Shown: piece by piece, positions 40,163 through 50,548 of the stretch
Layout: the number at the start of each line of letters is the position of its first letter
Numbering within the stretch: the first letter of the stretch is position 1
Assembly (NCBI GenBank): GCA_965206695.1
Contig: CBDBKM010000002.1
Span: forward strand, 32,001 to 96,000
DNA length: 64,000 bases
Reading direction: 5' to 3'
From: Chlamydiales bacterium
GTDB lineage: Bacteria; Chlamydiota; Chlamydiia; Chlamydiales; JAAZZY01
The notes under the pieces: model-generated
Seen by the model: only the letters and a program-made list of their open reading frames with translations
The model's database searches: none
What the model was told of the DNA's origin: nothing
Made by a program: the position numbers and the translations under genes

Positions 40163-40940
40163 AGCTATTTCGGTTATTTAGGGGTTATTTTGTTTCCGAT
40201 AACCGAGAAGGCTTTATTCATCACATAGACGTCAGACCGGCGAATGAATCTGAGGTAACCCAATTGTTATACTCAAGGTAAACGTTTACTGACCGATAAG
40301 GGTTTCTCATCATCAGATAACCGCTCTTATTGAAGAAATCACGGTATTCGAGACGGTCTTTCTCATAAAGCAGTTAGGGGTCATCCTTTAAAATGGAGTC
40401 AATATCGATTTAACAAAATGATTGCGAAAAGATGATTTCGTATAGAGCAAGCTTTCGGTACTTTAAAAAGAAAATTTTATATGGGTAAAGCCGACATTCC
40501 TAGACCTCTAAACAAGTTTTTCTAATTAAGCCATACATCCTTATTGCAATTACTGCCTGTCCCGCACTTACTTTTCTTTGTGGATGATTTTTTAATCCGG
40601 TATCAATCCTTTCCGCTACTTTTAGATCGCTGCAAAGTGCTGCAATTAATCCATGGTGATCCATGTTCACTGTTTGAATATTATCTCCTGCAACTTCCGG
40701 CATAACTTTTCTCCTTGTATCAAATAAAAAGTAACAGGATAGGCAATCTATAATTCTAATTCAAAAAAAATATCTTACGGTCTAGGAATGTCGGGTAAAG
40801 CTTCTTATTTTTCTCGATTAAAAATCAAAGGACAATTTTATATGAAAGCTTTGTGCTTTAATTTGAACAAGGCCCAGAAAGAGTTGTGTGTGACCCTCAT
40901 TAACGCAAGCTTGGTCAAACAAAGAACTTTACAGGAGGCT
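40112..40940 (+). pseudogene. IS5-family transposase remnant interrupted by the mini-IS1634
   Basis: DPDASWVKK, SYFGY, GFIHHIDVRPANESE, TDKG, RFRIEQAFGTLKRKF, MKALCFNLNKA. Boundaries approximate. Confidence 0.8.
40491..40794 (-). mobile_element. 304-bp internally deleted IS1634 derivative
   Basis: Same 16-bp TIRs as 55802-57569 (CCGACATTCCTAGACC); 6-bp target duplication GTAAAG at 40485-90 and 40795-800. Confidence 0.95.
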
Positions 40941-41336
40941 TTACCCCGCTTCAAGTCGCTCTTGTAGTTCTTCTAAAGCTGTCGCTGTAGTTAAAATAAC
41001 GATAATGGAAATCATTGCCGCTTTTAAAGCTAAAGCAGCAGCAGCATATGAAGCAATTATAGCTTTTCCGGTACCAGCATCTAAGGCACTAAAATGGCTA
41101 TCTTGTTTGGAAGAAAAGTTTTTAGCTTCAGCTGAAAAAATATTAGATTCTGCTATTATGGCCTTTTCAGCTATACCATAAGTACTTAATGCTATTTCTA
41201 TTAAATACTTAGAAAACTCTTCTAAACCGGAGGATCTAACAATATCAGCAAGGTTGAAAGTCACCTCTGATGCCTTTTGGGCTATATCTACTAAAGAAGA
41301 ATGATCAATATCTTTGTCATTAATAAAATAATTCAT
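40941..41336 (-). CDS. Hypothetical Ala-rich protein with hydrophobic C-terminal segment
   Basis: 131-aa ORF; no recognised motif. Confidence 0.55.
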   Translation of the reverse strand: MNYFINDKDIDHSSLVDIAQKASEVTFNLADIVRSSGLEEFSKYLIEIALSTYGIAEKAIIAESNIFSAEAKNFSSKQDSHFSALDAGTGKAIIASYAAAALALKAAMISIIVILTTATALEELQERLEAG

Positions 41337-41480
41337 ATTATATCAATTAATACATTAAGTAGTTTTTGTTCTTTATTATATTTTAAATCTTTACAAAAGT
41401 CAACACTAACTATAAAAAAACAAAACATAACGGCTGTTAAATAACAACTGTTGTGTTTTAAAGCTTTATTTATATATTTT

Positions 41481-44400
41481 TTATCGACTTTTAAAAACCA
41501 TCCCTGTTCCTCTACCCGGAGACATTAAATAATTATTTGAATAAACTTCTCTCGTATAAGAATTTAAGCCGGTAAAAATAATACCGTTTTGATCCTCTGT
41601 GTCTTGAAGCCGTAATGGCAATAACTTAGCTGTTTGCATTTTATGATCATTTTTTACACTACTAAGTACAGCCTCACTCTTCTCTTGCTTAACTTCTTCT
41701 GCTTTTGCAACCTCCTCTTCTTTTGGCGCAGATTCCTTAGAATCAACAACAGATTTCTCAGGATATCTTACAGATACCGGTTCTTTTTCTTCTGCAGATT
41801 GAACAAGTGAATTTTCACTTATTTCTTCTTCAATCTTTGGAGTATTCTTTAAAGAGATCTCTTCATCTTCACTAATCCAAACATCTAAATCCCTCGGCTC
41901 ACTAAGCTCGGTAGATTCTGATATTTCGGCAACCGTTCCTTCCGGAATATAAAACTTCTTAGAGTACATAGCTGCTCTACTAATAACCTGAGTAGACTTA
42001 GAAGCTTTTACTATATTAAGTGCATTGATATCTCCAACATCCTTTTGGAAATCAATCTTACCCTCAGATTCTACTGTTAAATCAACAGGTAGAGGTGAGA
42101 TAGAATCCGCATTAACTGTTCCTTGGAAGATAATTCCTGCACTTCCTTTATCAATGAGATTGGCGCTTCTGGTCAGAACCACATCGCCGGCGTAAACCAT
42201 CGCTCCACCTTGTGCTGTCATATCAGCATCGATTTCAATTTTAGAAGCTGTTGCTGATAGAGACTCAAGTGGTACGCTATTACCCACTGTAGCATCGAAG
42301 CAAATTTTTGCATTGCCTGCAACCGCCCTTAACTGTTTAGGCCCTTCAATAGATTTATGGAAATAAATGTTTCTACCCGGAGTATTACCTGAAGTAGAGC
42401 GCACGGTAGTATTACCGGCTAAATTTAATTCACCCATATCTATCGTTTTATTCACTGTTTCAATGATACCTTGGGTATATGTTTTATTACCTGTCGTATC
42501 CAACTGCGAATGGAAGGTTAGTACAGTACTATCATTCTTACCAAAAGTCAGTGACCCCGTATTTGCAAAAACCACTTCCCCTTTAACAAATCCACCACCT
42601 AACAAGCTTAGCGAGACCTCTTCTCCAAAAACAGATAAATCATTTGTATCAACTATACCTGCTACTACAACATCATTATGAAAGGCTAATGAAGGTGAAG
42701 ATGTAATCAAATCATTTACATTCACAGCACCGGTAAAGATAAGATAGGTTGATGTATTAAGTGTCAAATGACCAATTTCAATATCACCATAAATGTTAAT
42801 GTGACCGGGTCCTGTTTGTAAGAATAATTTTGATCCCAAGTTCTTACTGTTTATATTACCTTTTACAATAATATTATGATCCGATGTATCCAGGGTAGTA
42901 TTACTTAATAAGTTAATATCTGAGAATTCTATTATACCATGAGACTTAATCTTACCCATCATTGAAACAGGACTATCAGTGATCCTTAATGATCCTGAAA
43001 AGACTAAGATATTAGATTCATTACCACCAAAAACAACTCCACCGGTGTTAGCGAATTGAGTATCTCCGGTAATCGTACCGCCACCCAGTAGATGAAAATA
43101 TTTACCGCTACCGTTGGTAGCTACTCCTAAAGCGCTTATGCTTTCAGTAATAGTTGTATTGTCATTAAATATTAAGTTAGGAGAAGTTGTCTGCAAGTTA
43201 TTCACATCAACCGAATATGGGAAACTAATATCTTTATTGGTAATCAAGATCAAACTGTCAAGTGGTGTCTGATTTCCAATTTCCCGATCGAAGACGATCA
43301 TTCCATCTGATCGATTTGTTTCAATCTCAAGTTCATAATTACCGTTAACCGATCCATGGAAATAAGTAATCCCATCTATAATTTTAAGGTTATTGGTTAC
43401 AATAAGATCTCCGTTAAAGCAGACCTTACCAAGCTGTGCATTCACATCAGAATTGATAGAGATTTGTTTAGCAGTTACCGTTAAAGCATTAATTGGTTGG
43501 CTTACACCCACTTTTCCTTGAAAGATGATGTTATCTCTACCGGAATCCACTTCTAGCACTCCGTTACCGTCTATACTTGAATGAAAGTGGATCTGCTTGC
43601 CTTCAGTACCATTCTCAGTTGTCAGAATCTTCAGATTGCCGGTCATAGTCAAGGCATCCATATCAATTGTTTGATTTACGGTTTTAAGAATTCCCTGAGC
43701 TCGAGTGTTCCCTGCTGTTGTATCTATAGATCCTAACACGGTTAATACAGATTTCTTACTATCACCTAGTGTGATAGTTCCCGTATTATAAAACATAGCG
43801 TTTCCTTCGATTACCCCTCCGCCGAGTATGCTGACAAAATTATCTGATCCAATCGCAATGATGTCTTTTGAATGAATGGCGTAACGGATCTCCGTATTCC
43901 CTGCGAATGTAAGGGTTGGAGTTGATGTTGTTAGAGTTCCCGTATTCAAGACCTGAGGGAAAACAAGTTCATTATTGGTAACGATGCCTAAATGATTTAA
44001 TGGGATGGATTCTCCAACTCCTTTGTTAAAGTGTACCACAGCATCTATATGTGATAATTCAATCTCTAAGTCAAAATCACCATTTATATTTCCATTAAAA
44101 ATAACCCCTTGAGATCCTCTGTTTCGAACTATCGCATCATTAGTTACCAGCAGATCGGCATCAAAATTTATCAATCCATTTTGGATATTCATAACTGTTT
44201 TAAGTTCGATCTCTTTAGCACTAACTTCCAAGGAATCCAATGCAATTTGAGATCCAATCTGATCATCAAAAAATACTTTTCCCTTTCCGGCTTGAACAAC
44301 TAAACTATGTTGTCCATCTACATGTGAATAGAAATGTATATTCTGTCCTTCAGTAGAAGCCTCATTAGACTGAATTGCTAAAGGACCGGAAATATAGAGT

Positions 44401-47400
44401 TTACTGAAATTGATTTCATGATTGATTGTCCGGATCTTTCCTCTTGCTTGAGTAGGGCCGGCTGTTCTTTCAAGGTTTCCTTTAAAGATAAAGTGATCAA
44501 TATCATTGTCACCTAATACTAATGCACCGGTATTTGCAAAGTTAGCATGACCTGAGAATGTTCCTGTCCCAAAGAAAAGAGCTGCTTTTCTGACACCATC
44601 AGTTAAAACATTAACAGCTATAATAGACTTCAAAATCTCAACATCATTTGAAAAAATTAATAATGGAGCATTTGTCTCAAGTTGACCCAGTCGAACAACA
44701 TCAGGAAAAATAACATTATTAACGGATAATAAATGTAGCTTATTTAATGGTAGAATATTTCCTACTTCATTCAAGAAAGTTATCGTTCCGTTCAATCCCT
44801 TCGTTTCCAAGGTTAGATTGTACGCTCCATTAACAGGACCTAAGAAAGTAATACCGGTAGCTCCGCCATCAACTAGAGTAGCATCTTGTGTCAACAGAAC
44901 ATCTCCATCAAAATAAAGAGCTCCGGCTTGAGCTGTCATATCAGCTCCAATTTCTATTTGCTTTGCCAACACATTTACTGAGTTTAGTGCCATCTTCTTA
45001 CCAATTGCTTTTTGGAAGCTTACCGCACCACCACTCGTATTACATATAATATCTAAATCATATGCTCCATCAATGGTTCCATAAAAAGTAATCCCTTCAC
45101 CTAGATTTGAAATGCTAACATTGTTAGCTAAGAATAGATTACCTTTAAAATTTAAAGGACCCTCTCCCACCGATACATTACTTCTGATTTCAATCTCACT
45201 AGCTATAATATCCATTGCACTTATAGGAGATTCTCCCCCTATCTTTGAATTAAAGAGTACATTGGCCATCCCTGCATCAATAATAACCGGATTATTGCCA
45301 TCTACTTTAGAGTTGAAATTGATCTGCATCCCTTCCGTATTATCGGCTGTAGTCTTTAGTGTTAATGCCCCTTGAGGAATCAATACATTCATATTAATTA
45401 TCTTATTAACCGTTTGAATAGTTCCTCTCGCCAAAGTCCGGCCAACAGTTCTATCAAACTGTCCTTTGAAGGTGAAAGTAGAGCGATCATTTTTTCCTAA
45501 GACAAGAGTACCTGAATTTTCAAATAATGCAGAGCCTTCGAAACTACCGCCTCCTAATAACACAACATTTTTTCCATTCCCTTTACAATTGAAGTTATTG
45601 GCCAGGCAAACTCCACTAATGGAAAGGTCATTATAAAATGTTATGGAAGGAGATGATGTAGCAAAGTCTTTAACCTTTACTACTGTTTTAATGTCTGTCT
45701 CTTTAGAAGTTTCTAGGGTAAGGTTTTGTACCTCAATGTTACCGGCTAAAGAAATCTCTCCCTGAGATGTCTTAATGCTTAAGTTCACATCTTTCTCTAG
45801 TTGAGTTATTTCTCCGGATACTTTGAAGGTATGTCCATTGCTATCAAAAGAAGTATGCCCGGATAAACCCAAGTTAGCGAGCTCAACCAATCCATTTATA
45901 TTAATATGTCCTTGCACGATTGTATCACCGGATAAAGAATGTAAATCGCTTGCAAATTGGAACGTATCGGATTGACTCGCTCCTAATTTTAATCCACCTG
46001 AATTAGTGAATTTGCTCTTTCCATTGATAACACCGCCACCCAGTAATTTTACTGTCTTACCTTCACCTTTAGTAATAAGGGCTTCTGTATTGATAGAACC
46101 ATAAACAACTAAATCCTCATAAAAAGCTACGAATGGTGAAGTCGTTGTAAAGTCATTGACTGTCACCGGGACTTTGAAAGTTGCTGTAGAAGTACTCAAA
46201 AGATTAAAGTTATTAACATTAATCGGTCCATTAAACTCTACACCACCAACATCTGTTGAAATCGTTAAATCAGAGTTTGTTAACCCTTTATCAATAAATC
46301 CTTTGATATTTAAAATATTTCCCTTAGTAACAAAAGTGGTATCTCCGGATAAATACAAATCAGCTATATCCACTCTGCCATTTACAATTACTCTACCTTC
46401 AACTGTTGTCATACCAATTGAAGTATCCAAAGGGCCGGCAAAAACTAATTCAGCTTGTTGATAACCACCTAAAATAATTCCACCCGTATTGTTGAACGTA
46501 GAAGCACCGGAGACTTTACCGCCCCCTAAAATCTTAACTGTTTTACCTATACCTGTTGTATTTAGGTTGTTAACACTAATTAATCCATTAACTACAAAGT
46601 CATCAGCTAGTGTTATAAGGTCTGAATTGGCAATAAAATCATTAACCTTTAAAGAATTGCTAAAGGTAGTACGACTTGTTGTCATAAGATTTAAATTACT
46701 TATGTCAACATGGCCTGCAATCTCAATAAAACCTTCTGCAGTTTCAATACTAAGGTCAGCACGAGGCGTCGCCTGATTAATATTACCGGTCGTATGAAAA
46801 TCATGGCCTCGTGTACTAAACCCGGTATTACCTGCCAATGTGAGAGACGAAATTTCTACATCCCCATTAACAACGATATTTCCCCGGGTAACCAGCAATG
46901 AAGATCGAGTATTTAAATCACTACCTATTATCAGAATATCTTTTTCACTGCCACCTAAGAAAATTCCACCGGTATTGTTGAAATCGATGCTATGGGAGAT
47001 TTTCCCTCCGCCGGATAAGCTGATTGAGCCTTCACCGGAAGTATAAACTGATACAAGATCAACAGGACCATCGATAGTCAATCCTGCACTGTTGTCTAAT
47101 TCGTTGAAGCCCTTAACAGCTCCGACTACTAATACCGCTCCTATTTCATTATTTTGACCTTTGAAAAATAAACGCTGTTTTCCAGGCCCTTTGGCTATAA
47201 TATCAGAATTAATAGCCATAATAGGCTCTTCACGTTTTGAATTACTCAAAACAAATTCAAACCGATCTGCTTCAATTTGAAAGCCGTTCGTTCCTCCAAC
47301 AGGAGCTTGAACGGTTAATTCATGAGCCACAATTTGATTAAAGCTTGATTGACAAACAATCTGTCCGGAGTGAGAGTTAGCAACGATTAAAGAAACCTTA

Positions 47401-48809
47401 CCATTAGGAACTTGTATGTTATCTTTTCGCATACGTATCTCATTGCCTGCCCAGATACGTAAATCGATTGTTGATGATGAATTATAAAGATTAGCACTTA
47501 TTGTAACCTTATTGGTAGCAGCTATATATAAGACACCACTAGAAAAATTATTAATAACTGAAGCATCTAATTCTACTTGTGGGCCACTAACCGGAGGGAA
47601 AGTATCTACTTCTTTATAATCTAAAGACCCTTCATCTTTAATGACGATGTTTGTTGGATCTAAAAACCATGTTCCCGCTTTTCCTTTCGGAGCATCTACA
47701 TGAACTTCACCAACCTTAATACCCAAATTTTCTTTACCGGATGTTTCAACAAAACCACCATCACCACCGGCTTCTCCACCAAGAACGTATATTTTACCGT
47801 CAAACTGCGTAATGGTATCAGACCAAACAATGACCTTTCCTCCATTCCCTTCATTTAAAGCATTCGCTGAAATAGTTGAGTGTTGATCAATCGATGTTGT
47901 GGTTGCAGTCTTATGCGGTCCCTTACCTTCATAATCTCCACCTAGAAGAATTAAGCCGCCGCCTAAATAACCCGATGCATCTAAAACAGCCCCTTCTAAG
48001 TTTATAACATCTCCAAATACGTGAATGTTACCACCTGTATGTCCCGATTTTCCATTAGAAGTATCGATATCACCCTTTATCTTCGCGGTTCCATAATTTG
48101 ATTGAAGCACTACAGTTGCACCTTGGATAAAACCGGAATGTAAAATAGCTACAGAGTTGAGATCGCTAAGACCCTGTATATTCTTTTTTTCATTCTCGGA
48201 TGCCCCCATAGATTGACATAGCAAACCTTCAATTTGTAACGAACCGTTCTCAGTAATGAAAGCAGAAACATCTTCAGCAGCTATAATTTCGCCTTCATTT
48301 AATACATGTCGCCCTATAAATCGAACAAATCCGGTTGAGTTAATTTTACCTTTATTAATGACATCACCCTTTATATAAGAGAAATTGTCTTGGTAATGAT
48401 TAAAATCATCATTGCCCAGCTCCGCTGCAATAACATAAAGTGATGCATCTTCTACCGATGATCCTAATGAAAATACTACACCTGCAGCATTGACAAGGTA
48501 AACGATTCCGTTTGCATCCAAACTGCCATCGATGTAAGTTGGTTCATCGCTTTCAATACGAACAAAAACCCTTGCATTACTATCCGACTGAATAAGGTGA
48601 ACGCTTTCATTTTTTTCAATATTAAAGGATTCATAATTGATGATACTACCGTCTGAAGCCTCAATAATTGTAGTTAGCCCAGCACTAGTAAAGGAAACTT
48701 GCCCTTGTATTATCTGAGGATCAAATGGTGCAGCGGTTAAGGTTGTCCCGTGAAAGAGAAGACCTAAACACGCTGCTACAAGAGGGCTGAATAAATTGTA
48801 CAATCTCAT
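41481..48809 (-). CDS. Filamentous haemagglutinin-like (TpsA-type) large repeat protein
   Basis: Signal peptide; TPS-like IINYESFNI...GSLDANGIVYLVNAAGVVF; GGFVETSG and GTWFLDP motifs; long G/N/T/I-rich beta-solenoid-like repeats. Confidence 0.88.
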   Translation of the reverse strand: MRLYNLFSPLVAACLGLLFHGTTLTAAPFDPQIIQGQVSFTSAGLTTIIEASDGSIINYESFNIEKNESVHLIQSDSNARVFVRIESDEPTYIDGSLDANGIVYLVNAAGVVFSLGSSVEDASLYVIAAELGNDDFNHYQDNFSYIKGDVINKGKINSTGFVRFIGRHVLNEGEIIAAEDVSAFITENGSLQIEGLLCQSMGASENEKKNIQGLSDLNSVAILHSGFIQGATVVLQSNYGTAKIKGDIDTSNGKSGHTGGNIHVFGDVINLEGAVLDASGYLGGGLILLGGDYEGKGPHKTATTTSIDQHSTISANALNEGNGGKVIVWSDTITQFDGKIYVLGGEAGGDGGFVETSGKENLGIKVGEVHVDAPKGKAGTWFLDPTNIVIKDEGSLDYKEVDTFPPVSGPQVELDASVINNFSSGVLYIAATNKVTISANLYNSSSTIDLRIWAGNEIRMRKDNIQVPNGKVSLIVANSHSGQIVCQSSFNQIVAHELTVQAPVGGTNGFQIEADRFEFVLSNSKREEPIMAINSDIIAKGPGKQRLFFKGQNNEIGAVLVVGAVKGFNELDNSAGLTIDGPVDLVSVYTSGEGSISLSGGGKISHSIDFNNTGGIFLGGSEKDILIIGSDLNTRSSLLVTRGNIVVNGDVEISSLTLAGNTGFSTRGHDFHTTGNINQATPRADLSIETAEGFIEIAGHVDISNLNLMTTSRTTFSNSLKVNDFIANSDLITLADDFVVNGLISVNNLNTTGIGKTVKILGGGKVSGASTFNNTGGIILGGYQQAELVFAGPLDTSIGMTTVEGRVIVNGRVDIADLYLSGDTTFVTKGNILNIKGFIDKGLTNSDLTISTDVGGVEFNGPINVNNFNLLSTSTATFKVPVTVNDFTTTSPFVAFYEDLVVYGSINTEALITKGEGKTVKLLGGGVINGKSKFTNSGGLKLGASQSDTFQFASDLHSLSGDTIVQGHININGLVELANLGLSGHTSFDSNGHTFKVSGEITQLEKDVNLSIKTSQGEISLAGNIEVQNLTLETSKETDIKTVVKVKDFATSSPSITFYNDLSISGVCLANNFNCKGNGKNVVLLGGGSFEGSALFENSGTLVLGKNDRSTFTFKGQFDRTVGRTLARGTIQTVNKIINMNVLIPQGALTLKTTADNTEGMQINFNSKVDGNNPVIIDAGMANVLFNSKIGGESPISAMDIIASEIEIRSNVSVGEGPLNFKGNLFLANNVSISNLGEGITFYGTIDGAYDLDIICNTSGGAVSFQKAIGKKMALNSVNVLAKQIEIGADMTAQAGALYFDGDVLLTQDATLVDGGATGITFLGPVNGAYNLTLETKGLNGTITFLNEVGNILPLNKLHLLSVNNVIFPDVVRLGQLETNAPLLIFSNDVEILKSIIAVNVLTDGVRKAALFFGTGTFSGHANFANTGALVLGDNDIDHFIFKGNLERTAGPTQARGKIRTINHEINFSKLYISGPLAIQSNEASTEGQNIHFYSHVDGQHSLVVQAGKGKVFFDDQIGSQIALDSLEVSAKEIELKTVMNIQNGLINFDADLLVTNDAIVRNRGSQGVIFNGNINGDFDLEIELSHIDAVVHFNKGVGESIPLNHLGIVTNNELVFPQVLNTGTLTTSTPTLTFAGNTEIRYAIHSKDIIAIGSDNFVSILGGGVIEGNAMFYNTGTITLGDSKKSVLTVLGSIDTTAGNTRAQGILKTVNQTIDMDALTMTGNLKILTTENGTEGKQIHFHSSIDGNGVLEVDSGRDNIIFQGKVGVSQPINALTVTAKQISINSDVNAQLGKVCFNGDLIVTNNLKIIDGITYFHGSVNGNYELEIETNRSDGMIVFDREIGNQTPLDSLILITNKDISFPYSVDVNNLQTTSPNLIFNDNTTITESISALGVATNGSGKYFHLLGGGTITGDTQFANTGGVVFGGNESNILVFSGSLRITDSPVSMMGKIKSHGIIEFSDINLLSNTTLDTSDHNIIVKGNINSKNLGSKLFLQTGPGHINIYGDIEIGHLTLNTSTYLIFTGAVNVNDLITSSPSLAFHNDVVVAGIVDTNDLSVFGEEVSLSLLGGGFVKGEVVFANTGSLTFGKNDSTVLTFHSQLDTTGNKTYTQGIIETVNKTIDMGELNLAGNTTVRSTSGNTPGRNIYFHKSIEGPKQLRAVAGNAKICFDATVGNSVPLESLSATASKIEIDADMTAQGGAMVYAGDVVLTRSANLIDKGSAGIIFQGTVNADSISPLPVDLTVESEGKIDFQKDVGDINALNIVKASKSTQVISRAAMYSKKFYIPEGTVAEISESTELSEPRDLDVWISEDEEISLKNTPKIEEEISENSLVQSAEEKEPVSVRYPEKSVVDSKESAPKEEEVAKAEEVKQEKSEAVLSSVKNDHKMQTAKLLPLRLQDTEDQNGIIFTGLNSYTREVYSNNYLMSPGRGTGMVFKSR

Positions 48810-49242
48810 GACTGCCTCTTCCTTGATTGGTTTTACCTCTATAATCCATATAGAGTTGGTTACAAATTAGTTTATCTCTAACCTTATTTCGTCTTACCGT
48901 TTAATTTCATTTCTTTGCAAATAAAAATTTAAGCCCACCTGTATAATCTAAGGATTAGAGCTACCATTTTCTATTAATAAAGTCTTGAATCCAAGTGGAT
49001 AAGAGTAATACTATTATTATTTATCTTTTCTTCCGCTCTCTTACATATACACGAAAAGAGAACTTGGCCTTGCTAATATTATCGCGCCTTATAACAAATC
49101 TATCTTGGAGTTGATTTTGTTTGTAAATAGGAAAAAATCAATAATTAAAAGAACAAATAAAAAAATCGAAAAAATGAAGTCCTATTAGGAGAAGAAACCA
49201 CTGATTATCTTATATAAGAAAAAAGTATCCGAGATGGTTTTG

Positions 49243-49273
49243 CATAAAAACTGCAACGGTTGCAGTTTTTATG
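49243..49273. repeat. Perfect 15-bp inverted repeat with 1-nt centre
   Basis: CATAAAAACTGCAAC-G-GTTGCAGTTTTTATG, 20 bp downstream of the pgp6-like stop. Confidence 0.85.
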
Positions 49274-49293
49274 ATTTTGTTTCAATCAAACGC

Positions 49294-50040
49294 TTAAAAA
49301 AGGATTTGTTGCATTATTTCTAATATTTTTTGTAAACGACATCTATCTTCTGATTCTAACACTTGCTTTCTTTTTAAAAGCGCTAATAGGTTTTTCTCTA
49401 AGGTATCCAATAGAATAACATTTTCACTTTTCTTGATGCGTTTATCTGTTTCTCTCTTAGGTAATGCTTCCTGAATACGGGAAAGTATCTCTTGAGCTTT
49501 TTCTCCATTATAACCTTGCACTATTAATTTTTTAGCCTCTAACTCCCCTTCTCTACAGGCTAATACATAAGCTGCTTTTAAAGGAATCTCTTTGATCTTA
49601 GGCCTTAAAGAAGGGGGTAATTGCTGATATAAACGATAATAGGCCAAGATATTATAAGGAGTTCTGGGACTCCCAAAGGTAAGTTTTAACCATTCTTCGA
49701 ATACCCTCTCATTATAATCCTTTAAAAGGGTCCTGACTCTATTAATACGCTCTCCTATTAAAATCACTTGTTGCCGATTAATGCATTTAATTTCAGCTGT
49801 TAGATGTTTAACTTTTCGGCTATCTTTTTGGGCCTGATCTTCTGATACATCTCCCTCCGGCTGAACATCCAACATAAGATCATCAATAACTTTAGAATCA
49901 TGTCCTTCTAAATCTTTGAAATCAAATATCGCCCTAAAACTACTAATAGGACGTTCCTTCTCTATCTTTTCAGCGGTATTTTTATTTTGAGATTCTACAT
50001 GAGATTTAAACTGCTTTTTAAAGAGATTGACCTTTTTCAT
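49294..50040 (-). CDS. Chlamydial plasmid Pgp6/Gp6D-like protein (UPF0137)
   Basis: LTAEIKCINRQQVILIGERINRVRTLLKDY, FEEWLKLTFGS.RTPYNILAYY, AAYVLACREG recall the Pgp6/CT583 family. Confidence 0.85.
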   Translation of the reverse strand: MKKVNLFKKQFKSHVESQNKNTAEKIEKERPISSFRAIFDFKDLEGHDSKVIDDLMLDVQPEGDVSEDQAQKDSRKVKHLTAEIKCINRQQVILIGERINRVRTLLKDYNERVFEEWLKLTFGSPRTPYNILAYYRLYQQLPPSLRPKIKEIPLKAAYVLACREGELEAKKLIVQGYNGEKAQEILSRIQEALPKRETDKRIKKSENVILLDTLEKNLLALLKRKQVLESEDRCRLQKILEIMQQILF

Positions 50041-50144
50041 GACCGTTTCCTTATTTACTTAAGAGACCTTTGACATAACTTTAACTAATTTGGATTCTAA
50101 CCTCTCACCTATTCACCGAATAAGCACATTACTGAGATTTTTAT

Positions 50145-50318
50145 GACAATTAAGCGAGAAAACCTTTTGCTTTCGCATTGGGATGAAAGCGTCTCAATTA
50201 AAGTGTTCATTTTCATATCTTGTATACTATTCCTATCTTTTAGATCTACCTGTTGGGCCGGCGGTAAGTTAAGCCTTTGGAGATCATGTCAGAGCCGGGG
50301 AGCATGGGTTGGTTGAAG
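50145..50318 (+). mobile_element. Non-coding IS605 derivative: left end plus partial omega-RNA scaffold, no right-end hairpin
   Basis: TTAT|GACAATTAAGCGAGAAAACC hairpin, then GCGGTAAGTTAAGCCTTTGGAGATCATGTCAGA, shared with the copy at 54048-54128. Confidence 0.78.
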
Positions 50319-50548
50319 ACCGTAAAAGTTCCCATGTGGGAATTTTTATTGCGCAACAAGTCTACTTCTCAATCCTAAAAAATACTTAGATCAAAACAGG
50401 CCCAAAATTATCATTTAAACCTCTATATTATGAATATGGCCTTATATTCCCATAAGCAACTTTTAGGGGTTTTAAGGCTATAGTTTGATAAAAGACACCT
50501 CTACCCTTAAGTATCCCGATGACTTTTCTGCTCGATGAAGAGTGAAAT

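Noticed and set aside
42367..48664. Several short ORFs inside the TpsA-like gene
   Set aside because: Antisense or alternative-frame shadows of a long, codon-biased gene.
49040..49190. KRELGLANIIAPYN peptide as another IS5 tail
   Set aside because: Too short and degenerate to support.
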